This document shows positions 51,382-59,168 of a DNA stretch of 64,000 nucleotides, piece by piece. The DNA is from Candidatus Omnitrophota bacterium (GTDB lineage Bacteria; Omnitrophota; Gorgyraeia; Gorgyraeales; Gorgyraeaceae). The first letter of the stretch is position 1; the number at the start of each line of letters is the position of its first letter. A program made the position numbers and the translations under genes. The DNA is taken from NCBI GenBank assembly GCA_043821705.1, contig JBDRCN010000001.1:8851-72850 (forward strand). The letters are read 5' to 3'. Below the pieces are notes generated by a model, which saw only the letters and a list, made by a program, of their open reading frames with translations, ran no database searches and was not told the DNA's origin.

Positions 51382-52709
51382 TAAAAACTAAAAAAGATGT
51401 CATAAAATTAGTAAAAAAACATAATGTTAGATTTATAAAACTCTGGTTCACAGATGTTCTGGGGTTTCAAAAAGGTGTTTCTATTACAAGGAGTGAACTT
51501 GAGAGGGCTCTTTATGATGGTATGGGATTTGATGGTTCATCCATAGAAGGGTTCGCCCGTATTGAAGAAAGCGATATGGTAGCAATGCCTGATGTATCGA
51601 CTTTTCAGATGATACCTTGGAGGTCTAAAAAAGAAGGGCTTTCTGCAAGGATGTTCTGTGATGTGCTCCAGCCAAATGGAAAACCTTTTGAAGGAGACCC
51701 AAGATTTGTATTAAAGAAGAATTTGAAGTTAGCAAATGACATGGGATATACGAATTATTATGTAGGGCCTGAACTGGAGTATTTTTATTTCAACAACCCC
51801 AAGAATACTATCATATTGGACAGGGGAGGATATTTTGACCTTACGCCTTTAGATGTGGCGCAAGATCTGAGAAGAGATACAGTCTTGATGCTGGAAAAGA
51901 TGGGGATAGACGTAGAATATTCTCATCATGAAGTAGCTACATCACAGCACGAGATAGATCTTAGATATAATGATGTGCTCAAGATGGCAGACAATGTAAT
52001 GACCTATCGCATGGTCGTAAAAGAAGTAGCGAGGAAGAATGGGGCCTACGCGACATTTATGCCTAAGCCGATACACGGGATAAATGGAAGTGGTATGCAT
52101 GTACACCAATCTTTATTTAAAGGCAAGAAAAATGCTTTTTTTAGCAAGACTGACAAGAGGCATCTTTCTAACGAAGCCAAATATTTTATAGCAGGCATAT
52201 TAAAGCATGCACCTGAGATGGCAGCAGTAACGAATCAGTGGGTCAATTCTTATAAGAGACTTATCCCTGGTTATGAAGCGCCAGTATACATATGCTGGGC
52301 ACAGATGAATAGAAGTGCTCTTGTGAGAGTACCTATGTATAAGCCTGGGAAAGAACATGCTACTAGGATAGAATTCCGCTCGCCTGACCCAGCTTGCAAT
52401 CCTTACCTTGCGTTTTCAGTCATGCTTAGGGCTGGATTAGAAGGAATAAAGAATAAATATAAATTACAGGAACCTTCAGAAGATAATATTTATCATATGA
52501 CAGAGGAGGCAAGAGAAAAGGCCAACATAAAGTCTCTGCCTGAAGATCTATACGAAGCTATCAAGATCGCAGAAAAAAGCCAGCTTTTAAAGGACGCATT
52601 AGGAGATAAGGTCTTCAAATACTTCATAAGAAATAAATATATGGAATGGGACGAGTATAAGGCTCAAGTATCCCAATATGAAATAGACAAATATCTCCCT
52701 ATACTTTAA
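51375..52709 (+). CDS. glnA: Glutamine synthetase (copy 1)
   Basis: 444-aa ORF with GS beta-grasp and catalytic domains. Confidence 0.9.
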   Translation: MLVKTKKDVIKLVKKHNVRFIKLWFTDVLGFQKGVSITRSELERALYDGMGFDGSSIEGFARIEESDMVAMPDVSTFQMIPWRSKKEGLSARMFCDVLQPNGKPFEGDPRFVLKKNLKLANDMGYTNYYVGPELEYFYFNNPKNTIILDRGGYFDLTPLDVAQDLRRDTVLMLEKMGIDVEYSHHEVATSQHEIDLRYNDVLKMADNVMTYRMVVKEVARKNGAYATFMPKPIHGINGSGMHVHQSLFKGKKNAFFSKTDKRHLSNEAKYFIAGILKHAPEMAAVTNQWVNSYKRLIPGYEAPVYICWAQMNRSALVRVPMYKPGKEHATRIEFRSPDPACNPYLAFSVMLRAGLEGIKNKYKLQEPSEDNIYHMTEEAREKANIKSLPEDLYEAIKIAEKSQLLKDALGDKVFKYFIRNKYMEWDEYKAQVSQYEIDKYLPIL

Positions 52710-52721
52710 TACCAATAAAAA

Positions 52722-53459
52722 ATGAAAAAACTTATCACATTTTCACTAATAATATTATCTTGCCTGATCTTGTATTCTACGATAGATTTTAGCAAGAATG
52801 GCCATGCATTAGAAGGGATATTAAATAGCAGCTCAGGGGAATTACCTTTCTCAAAAGGCGAGAGATTAATGTATGATGTTAAGTTGAACGGTGTAACGAT
52901 AGGCAGCTCGATACTTACATTTTACGGAGAAAAAGAGATAAATGGAAAGGCTGCGCATCACATTAATTTTTATACCCTTATCCCATCTCTTAAGGATTCA
53001 GAAGATATTTACGGAGATACTGAAAGTTTTTTACCAATGGAGGTTCATAGAAACCTTAAGAAGAAGCTGGGATTTAATGAGACAATAATAGAGGTATATG
53101 ATCAGGAGAATTTTAGGATAGATATCACCTCAAAGAGCAAGCTTCGCAGCAGAAAACTTTCTATTGAAAGAGATGCTCCGGTCCACAATCCCATACTCTT
53201 AAGTTATTTCTGTAGAGCTAAAGCGAGCTTTACTAAAGAAGATAGCTTCGACATTACTTTATCAAGGACAAAGTTTCAAGTTTATTATGATGGGAAGAAA
53301 GAGATAAAAACACCTTTAGGAAAACAGCTTGCCCATGTATTTACAAGTGACCCCAAGAAGTTTACGCTCTACCTAAGTGATGATGATAGGAAGACCCCAC
53401 TCATGATAGATAGCCCTGGCACCCTCGGCTACTCCCTTGTAATCCGCTCCATCGAATAA
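52722..53459 (+). CDS. Hypothetical secreted protein
   Basis: 245-aa ORF with an N-terminal signal/TM segment. Confidence 0.5.
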   Translation: MKKLITFSLIILSCLILYSTIDFSKNGHALEGILNSSSGELPFSKGERLMYDVKLNGVTIGSSILTFYGEKEINGKAAHHINFYTLIPSLKDSEDIYGDTESFLPMEVHRNLKKKLGFNETIIEVYDQENFRIDITSKSKLRSRKLSIERDAPVHNPILLSYFCRAKASFTKEDSFDITLSRTKFQVYYDGKKEIKTPLGKQLAHVFTSDPKKFTLYLSDDDRKTPLMIDSPGTLGYSLVIRSIE

Positions 53460-53468
53460 CTACCTTAA

Positions 53469-53660
53469 CCTAAACCCAGCCTGTGACCTTTGGCGCTGGA
53501 ACACCGCGCCGTGTTCTACGGTTTAGAGCTCGCTCTACGAATAGAGCTTTCGCCTTTAGTTAGGCTCGATCTCGCTCTAAAGCCTTGAACACTTCATGCT
53601 TAAATATTACTGGATGCCGCTATGTTCCTTATGCGCCAAAGGTCACAGGCTGGGTTTAGG
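53469..53660 (+). mobile_element. Repeat family C copy C2 (perfect 28-bp TIRs)
   Basis: cctaaacccagcctgtgacctttggcgc ... gcgccaaaggtcacaggctgggtttagg. Confidence 0.85.
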
Positions 53661-53728
53661 TTGCTATGGCTTTAAGCTATAATTACATTGACTCAATGGC
53701 TGGGGTGTGGTATATTTATAATATAAGG

Positions 53729-53799
53729 GCACAAAGTATGTGCTATAAGAGATAATGAAGTCCTTTTTGGTAGTAAGAGACTACTGAAAAGGACTTTTT
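53729..53799 (+). promoter_or_regulatory. Leader L1: palindrome GCACAAAGTATGTGC plus intrinsic terminator (gtccttttt...aaaaggac-TTTTT) upstream of sigma-like gene
   Basis: The palindrome is at 53729-53743 and the terminator at 53760-53799. The block gatAATGAAgtccttttt is paralogous to the glnA2 leader. Confidence 0.6.
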
Positions 53800-53811
53800 G
53801 CTTTAGAGAAG

Positions 53812-54330
53812 GTGATCTTAATGGATCTTAGGATATTACTTGAGAGAATAACCCCTACGCTTAGGCTTATTGCTAGAAGACACCTCTTGAGAGGGTTTTA
53901 TAGTGAAGATGACCTCTATCAGGAGATGTGCTTATATCTATTAGAGCATTATAAATATGGTCTTCCTATAGGCAAGAATGAGAGTTATGTTATTAAGGGG
54001 TGTGAGTTTCATCTGCAGAATTTTTTGAGAAAAGGTCGCTCTAAGGTATCATTCTCTAGCCTTGATCAGGTCATATCTCCTAGAGGTCTTACATTGGGTG
54101 AGATCCTTGAAGATAAAAGAGAGGATCTTTCTTCAAGCCTATCTAATAGACTGACAGTCGATGAATTAAATTCTATAGGGCTAACTGAGATGGAAAAAAA
54201 AGTCATAACATCTCTCTTAAAAGGAAATACTGTCCGTGAAGTAGGAAAAGAGCTTGGCATTTCTCATGTAATGGTGTTAAAGTATAAGAAGAATATTAAG
54301 AAAAAATGGCAAAAGAAGTTTAATCAGTAA
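53812..54330 (+). CDS. ECF-type sigma-70 family factor (regions 2 and 4)
   Basis: 172-aa ORF. Region 2-like DLYQEMCLYLLEHY; C-terminal HTH VREVGKELGISHVMVLKYKKN. GTG start at 53812 or ATG at 53821. Confidence 0.6.
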   Translation: MILMDLRILLERITPTLRLIARRHLLRGFYSEDDLYQEMCLYLLEHYKYGLPIGKNESYVIKGCEFHLQNFLRKGRSKVSFSSLDQVISPRGLTLGEILEDKREDLSSSLSNRLTVDELNSIGLTEMEKKVITSLLKGNTVREVGKELGISHVMVLKYKKNIKKKWQKKFNQ

Positions 54331-54346
54331 ACAGAAAGGAACTAAT

Positions 54347-55099
54347 ATGAAACACGTTAAAAATCTAGCATTAATAACTATGCTGTTTTCAATTATCATC
54401 TTAGCTGGAACTGTTTTTGCTGGGGAGGTGCTTTTAGAAGAAACTGATATAAGCATATCCTCTGATATAGGTTTTTTCTCAAAGTATATGTGGAGAGGCA
54501 TGAAGCTAGATGATGATCCTGTAATGCAACCAGGAGTTTATATCTCGGGTTATGGATTTGAGGTAAGTGTTTGGGGCAATATTGACATGGATTCAGATGA
54601 TTCTTTGACAAGCGAAGAAGTGGATTATGCAATAAGTTATAGTTACTCTATTCCTGAAACACCAGTTTCATTATCAGGAGGCTTTACATATTATGATTTC
54701 CCAAAAGCGGATTCAGCTAGCAGGGAGTGGTTTGTGGGAGTAAGTCTAGATACTATACTTTCTCCTTCTTTGACACTGTATCATGATTTCGGAGAAGAAG
54801 ATTCAGGAGGGGGAAGCGGTGATTATTTATACTTAGGGCTTAGTCATTCTGAACCTATAGGTGATTCCCCAGTCAGTTTAGACCTATCTGGGGGGATCGG
54901 ATATAACGAAGAGCTATTTATTAATGGAGAAGGCGGCCATGTTAATCTGGGAGCAGGTTTTACTATACAATTGACAGATATTTGTTCAGTTTCTCCAACT
55001 GTAAACTACGATATACCATTTGGAGATATGGAAGATGAAGATGATGGTAATTATGACGATGAGTTTTATGGCGGAGCAACTGTGGCTTTTAGTCTATAA
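54347..55099 (+). CDS. Secreted outer-membrane beta-barrel-like protein adjacent to amt (acidic Gly/Asp-rich loops)
   Basis: 250-aa ORF with signal peptide, YMWRG motif and alternating beta-strand pattern. Confidence 0.55.
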   Translation: MKHVKNLALITMLFSIIILAGTVFAGEVLLEETDISISSDIGFFSKYMWRGMKLDDDPVMQPGVYISGYGFEVSVWGNIDMDSDDSLTSEEVDYAISYSYSIPETPVSLSGGFTYYDFPKADSASREWFVGVSLDTILSPSLTLYHDFGEEDSGGGSGDYLYLGLSHSEPIGDSPVSLDLSGGIGYNEELFINGEGGHVNLGAGFTIQLTDICSVSPTVNYDIPFGDMEDEDDGNYDDEFYGGATVAFSL

Positions 55100-55177
55100 A
55101 GGCACAAAAGCAATAGATTAGAACTTATTAAGGGGTTACCAAAATAAGCCAATTTTTACTTGTATAAGTGACGGAAG

Positions 55178-55233
55178 ACACATAGTTGTGTTTATACAAA
55201 GGCGTTCTTTATTGGAAAGAACGCCTTTTTTAT
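55178..55233 (+). promoter_or_regulatory. Leader L2: hairpin acac-ATAGTT-gtgt plus intrinsic terminator ggcgttcttt-attgg-aaagaacgcc-TTTTTT upstream of amt
   Basis: The upstream block ggttaccaaaaTaagcc..tttttacttgtataagt (55136-55170) is shared with the glnA2 leader. Confidence 0.65.
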
Positions 55234-55247
55234 TTAAGGAGGATATT

Positions 55248-56504
55248 GTGGAAAATTTAGCTAGTTTTACGAGAGGTCTTGATACCATGTGGGTCCTGAT
55301 AGCAGCATTTCTAGTGTTCTTTATGCAAGCAGGATTTGGCATGGTAGAAGCAGGATTTATAAGAGCAAAGAACACTTGCAATATATTGACAAAGAATTTC
55401 TTGGATTTTTGCATGGCATCTTTAGGGTTTTTCGTTTTTGGTTATGCAATAATGTTCGGAGAAGGAAATCCTTTTATAGGAATGAAGGGATGGTTTCTGA
55501 GCGGGGCGGTATCTGGTGCAGGCGTACCTTTATATGCATTTTGGCTGTTTCAGGCAGCATTCTGCGGAGCTGCTGCGACTATAGTCGCAGGAGGCATGGC
55601 TGAACGTATGAAATTTCAAGCTTACTTAATATATTCCTTTCTGATTTCCGCTTTTATTTACCCGATCGTCGGCCATTGGATATGGGGAGGAGGATGGTTA
55701 GCTGGATTAGGTTTTAGTGATTTTGCAGGTTCTACAGTTGTACATTTAGTAGGCGGAGTTGCTGCTCTTATCGGGACTATTATGCTTGGCCCTAGAATGG
55801 GAAAATATAGTCCTGATGGGTCAGCGAATGCTATTGCGGGGCACAGTATACCATTAGCATCTTTAGGAGTGTTTATACTCTGGTTCGGATGGTTTGGTTT
55901 TAACCCAGGGTCTACATTGAGCGTAGGAAATGGAGATCTGATAGCAAGGGTAGCTATAAATACTAACCTGGCAGCTGCGCTCGGAGGGATAGCAGCTATG
56001 TTAACTGTATGGAAGATGTTTGGAAAACCTGATCTATCTATGGCAATGAATGGCGCGCTTGCAGGACTTGTAGCGATAACAGCACCATGCGCTTTTGTAG
56101 ACCCATGGGCAGCTATTATTATAGGTATAGTAGCTGGAATTATCGTTGTTTTAGGAGTAACTCTATTAGATAGATTACATATAGACGATCCAGTAGGGGC
56201 TTTTCCAGTACACGGTATCAATGGTATTTGGGGAACTCTTGCCATAGGATTGTTTGGTCAAAAAGCGCTTGGCCTTGCAAATAATGGCCTCTTTTATGGA
56301 GGGGGATTTCTGCAACTCGGTATCCAGGTTTTAGGTGTATTATCAGTAGCAGGATTTATTATTGTTTCAATGGGCCTAATCTTTAAGGCAATAAATTCCA
56401 CTATTGGTTTAAGGGTGTCAAAAGAAGAAGAGCTAAAAGGCCTAGATATAGGAGAGCATGGGATGGAGTCGTATTCTGGGTTCCAGGTTTTTACTACTCA
56501 GTAA
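55248..56504 (+). CDS. amt: Ammonium transporter
   Basis: Amt/MEP 11-TM protein. A GTG at 55248 follows aaggagg; the track ORF begins at 55188, but the terminator hairpin lies inside that extension. Confidence 0.85.
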   Translation: MENLASFTRGLDTMWVLIAAFLVFFMQAGFGMVEAGFIRAKNTCNILTKNFLDFCMASLGFFVFGYAIMFGEGNPFIGMKGWFLSGAVSGAGVPLYAFWLFQAAFCGAAATIVAGGMAERMKFQAYLIYSFLISAFIYPIVGHWIWGGGWLAGLGFSDFAGSTVVHLVGGVAALIGTIMLGPRMGKYSPDGSANAIAGHSIPLASLGVFILWFGWFGFNPGSTLSVGNGDLIARVAINTNLAAALGGIAAMLTVWKMFGKPDLSMAMNGALAGLVAITAPCAFVDPWAAIIIGIVAGIIVVLGVTLLDRLHIDDPVGAFPVHGINGIWGTLAIGLFGQKALGLANNGLFYGGGFLQLGIQVLGVLSVAGFIIVSMGLIFKAINSTIGLRVSKEEELKGLDIGEHGMESYSGFQVFTTQ

Positions 56505-56513
56505 AAGGAGGAC

Positions 56514-56858
56514 ATGATGAAACTAATAATCGCAATGATACAACCGCATAAATTACCAGATGTAAAAAAAGCCTTATTTGATGCCGAGGTCTACAAGATG
56601 ACAGTTACAAATGCCTTAGGCTGTGGCCAGCAAAAAGGCTTTACAGAGACTTATAGAGGCGTAATACATGATGTGAATCTCCTGAAGAAAGTAAGGCTTG
56701 AGATAGCTGTCAATGAAGACTTTGTTCAACCTACTATAGATGCGATAATCAGCGGCGCTAGAACAGGTGAAATAGGAGATGGTAAGATATTTATACTTGA
56801 CCTGCCAGAATGCATCAGGATACGTACTGGAGAAAGAGGCAATGAGGCAATAGGTTAG
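56514..56858 (+). CDS. glnB: Nitrogen regulatory protein P-II
   Basis: [20 protein letters not shown]...; the T-loop region is present. Confidence 0.9.
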   Translation: MMKLIIAMIQPHKLPDVKKALFDAEVYKMTVTNALGCGQQKGFTETYRGVIHDVNLLKKVRLEIAVNEDFVQPTIDAIISGARTGEIGDGKIFILDLPECIRIRTGERGNEAIG

Positions 56859-56867
56859 GACTTGCTG

Positions 56868-57044
56868 GCTGTCTTGGCCTGGCTCTATCAGCACCGCTCG
56901 GATTTCCCCAGCGAGGAAATCCTTCGCTTCATGATAATTTTCGCTCCCCGCCATTTTGTAACGTCTATTTGATAGTAGTTAAAATGGCGGGACCATGCCC
57001 GCTCAAATTCTCAAGATGCTGCTAGAGCCAGACCAAGCCAGCCT
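56868..57044 (-). mobile_element. Repeat family A copy A4 (minus orientation, long GC hairpin variant)
   Basis: The reverse complement reads ...ctagcagcatcttgagaatttgagcgggca...gagcgaaaattatcatgaagcgaaggatttcctcgctggggaaatccgagcggtgctgatag... Confidence 0.85.
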
Positions 57045-57193
57045 TTACTCAAACCTATAGGCTTATTGCGATTTCCAGGTCTCTTAGGCTGTCAGCATGA
57101 ATGAGATTTTCAAATTCATGAACATAGTCTTGATTTAGCTTGCTTGAACAGCATTTTGCAGATTACTTTTAACCTGATTAGAAGTAGCAGATT

Positions 57194-57272
57194 AGCAGTG
57201 GGTGGCCGAGATTGGGGTCCCTACAAGCGCGCAGGCAAATGCCGAGCACTTGCGGGGTGAATCTCGGACAGG
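57194..57272 (+). repeat. Repeat family B copy B2
   Basis: Matches the reverse complement of 224-311. Confidence 0.8.
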
Positions 57273-57310
57273 ACCCACTGCTAAGATAGTTAAAGGTGCG
57301 GAGAATACGA

Positions 57311-57336
57311 GTGGTGCTGATAGGGGTAAGACAGGG
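57311..57336 (+). repeat. Family A 3'-end fragment (gtggtgctgataggggtaagacagggc)
   Basis: Matches the A3 3' terminus. Confidence 0.5.
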
Positions 57337-57360
57337 CAGTTCGCTAGGGATAAAAAAGAG

Positions 57361-57490
57361 GTTACCAAAAAGCCTTGTTTTTTACTTGTATAAGTAGTAA
57401 TCTACCAGTGTGGGTAGATAAACACAAAGTTTGTGAATAGGATAATGGCGTCCTTTTTAGCGGCTGGTTCTAGCTAAGAAGGACTTTTTT
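57361..57490 (+). promoter_or_regulatory. Leader L3 upstream of glnA2: P1 hairpin ctacc-AGTGTG-ggtag, palindrome ACACAAAGTTTGTG, P2 hairpin aggat-AATGGC-gtcct overlapping the terminator gtcctttttagc-11nt-gctaagaaggac-TTTTTT
   Basis: Both small hairpins have hexaloops with A1/G4, and the P2 3' arm forms the 5' arm of the terminator. This is the architecture described for ANTAR target RNAs. Confidence 0.6.
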
Positions 57491-57515
57491 ATTTTAACCA
57501 AAAAAAGGAGGAAAA

Positions 57516-58844
57516 ATGGTTATGACAAAGAAAGATGTATTGAAGCTGGTAAAGGAAAATGACGTAAAATTTATCAGGCTTTGGTTCACAGATCTCTTAG
57601 GCCAGGTTAAAAGCTTTGCAATATTAGACAGTGAATTGGAAGGCGCTTTAGAAAATGGTATGGGATTTGATGGTTCATCTATTACAGGCTACCAGGATAT
57701 TGAAGAAAGCGATATGATCGCTCTTCCTGACCCTAGCACATTTTGTTTGCTTCCATGGAGGCCAGGAGAAAAAGCTGTAGCAAGGATGATATGCGATGTT
57801 CTAACGCCAGACAAACAGCCTTATGAAGGTGACCCAAGGTATGTTTTGAAAAAGGCCCTAAAAAGAGCATCTGATATGGGATTTGATCATTTTTATCTAG
57901 GGCCAGAATTAGAGTTTTTCTATTTCAGGAATGACTCAGGCACGGAGATCCTTGATAAAGGAGGGTATTTTGACCTTACGACCTTGGATGTGGCAAGTGA
58001 TCTAAGAAGAGAGACAGTCTTGGCTTTAGAGAAGATGGGTATCAAGATAGAGTATTCTCATCATGAAGTCGCACCGTCTCAACATGAAGTTGACATGAGA
58101 TACGATGATGCATTAAAAATGGCAGATAATGTCATTACCTATAGAATAGCAGTAAAAGAGATCGCTAGTAAATTCGGGGTGTACGCTACTTTTATGCCTA
58201 AACCTATTTTTGGACAGAATGGTTCAGGTATGCACACTCACCAGTCACTATTTAAAGGTGAGAAAAACGCATTTTTTGATAAAAGCACAAAGGATAACCT
58301 GTCTGATACAGCGCGTTCCTACATAGCAGGTCTATTAAAACATTCAAAAGAGATCTGTTCGATATTTGCTCAAACTACAAATTCTTATAAGAGGCTAGTG
58401 CCTGGTTACGAAGCGCCTGTATATGTCGCATGGTCTCGCAGAAACAGGTCAGCTCTTGTCAGAGTTCCTTTATATCATCCTGGTATGGAAAAAGCTACAA
58501 GGTGTGAATTCAGGGCATGTGATCCAGCATGTAACCCATATCTCACATTTGCAGCAATGCTTCACGCAGGATTAGAGGGAATAGAGAAAGGCTATAAATG
58601 CCCTGATGCAATGGAAGGCAATCTATATCATCTAAGCGACAATGAAAGAAAAGCGCGAGGTATAGAGACCTTACCTGATAACTTAGGCCAGGCTATTAAT
58701 ATTACAGAAGGAAGTGAACTAGTTAAAAAGACCCTTGGGACACATATTTTCCCGAGATTCATAGAGCTGAAGAAAAAGGAATGGGATAGTTACAGGATAC
58801 AGGTACCTCAGTACGAATTAGATAAGTATTTATCTATTCTTTAA
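57516..58844 (+). CDS. glnA: Glutamine synthetase (copy 2)
   Basis: 442-aa ORF, about 70% identical to copy 1. Confidence 0.9.
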   Translation: MVMTKKDVLKLVKENDVKFIRLWFTDLLGQVKSFAILDSELEGALENGMGFDGSSITGYQDIEESDMIALPDPSTFCLLPWRPGEKAVARMICDVLTPDKQPYEGDPRYVLKKALKRASDMGFDHFYLGPELEFFYFRNDSGTEILDKGGYFDLTTLDVASDLRRETVLALEKMGIKIEYSHHEVAPSQHEVDMRYDDALKMADNVITYRIAVKEIASKFGVYATFMPKPIFGQNGSGMHTHQSLFKGEKNAFFDKSTKDNLSDTARSYIAGLLKHSKEICSIFAQTTNSYKRLVPGYEAPVYVAWSRRNRSALVRVPLYHPGMEKATRCEFRACDPACNPYLTFAAMLHAGLEGIEKGYKCPDAMEGNLYHLSDNERKARGIETLPDNLGQAINITEGSELVKKTLGTHIFPRFIELKKKEWDSYRIQVPQYELDKYLSIL

Positions 58845-58867
58845 GTGGTAGATTTGCCTGGCGGGAA

Positions 58868-58905
58868 AAGATCCAGTTTCCCGCCAGGTGTCAAATTTTT
58901 TGTAT
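58868..58905 (+). terminator. Intrinsic terminator after glnA2 (cctggcgggaaa-agatccag-tttcccgccagg, then T-run)
   Basis: Perfect 12-bp stem. Confidence 0.7.
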
Positions 58906-58931
58906 AGCTATGCACATGATTTAAGCAGGAT

Positions 58932-59168
58932 TTGAATAAGAGGGAAGACTATATGATAGATAAGATCGATGATGATTTTTTAATGGTCAACAGAGGCCAT
59001 ATATACGAGACTGCTATGGGGAGCCTAGAAAAGCTCATCATTGAAAAAGCCCTTGAAAAATCATTTGGCAATAAGATAATAGCTGCAAAGATCCTTGGTA
59101 TCCATAGGAACACACTATATACTAAGGTAAAGAAATTATGTATTAATTCGGAGCGTTATAAGATATGA
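58932..59168 (+). CDS. Fis-family / NtrC-C-terminal-type HTH protein (stand-alone)
   Basis: The C-terminus AAKILGIHRNTLYTKVKKL is an HTH_8 motif. The stop overlaps the gltB ATG. Confidence 0.6.
   Translation: MNKREDYMIDKIDDDFLMVNRGHIYETAMGSLEKLIIEKALEKSFGNKIIAAKILGIHRNTLYTKVKKLCINSERYKI

Noticed and set aside
55136-55170. Sigma-54 promoter (GG-N10-GC) in the shared amt/glnA2 upstream block
   Set aside because: The spacing fits only the glnA2 copy (ggttaccaaaaagcc). The amt copy has two extra nucleotides, and the flanking bases do not match TGGCAC/TTGCA.
55188-55247. Track start of amt ORF at 55188
   Set aside because: That extension would place the leader hairpin and the strong terminator plus U-run inside the coding region. 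A GTG at 55248 with an AAGGAGG 7 nt upstream is a far better start.
55289-55603. 104-aa + strand ORF overlapping amt
   Set aside because: It is an alternative frame inside the ammonium transporter gene. While following it I initially mis-framed amt, then corrected using the downstream stop.
57045-57193. Possible gene or sRNA between A4 and B2
   Set aside because: Only a short hairpin (catgaat...attcatg) was seen, with no ORF over 30 codons with an RBS. It is treated as spacer within the repeat nest.
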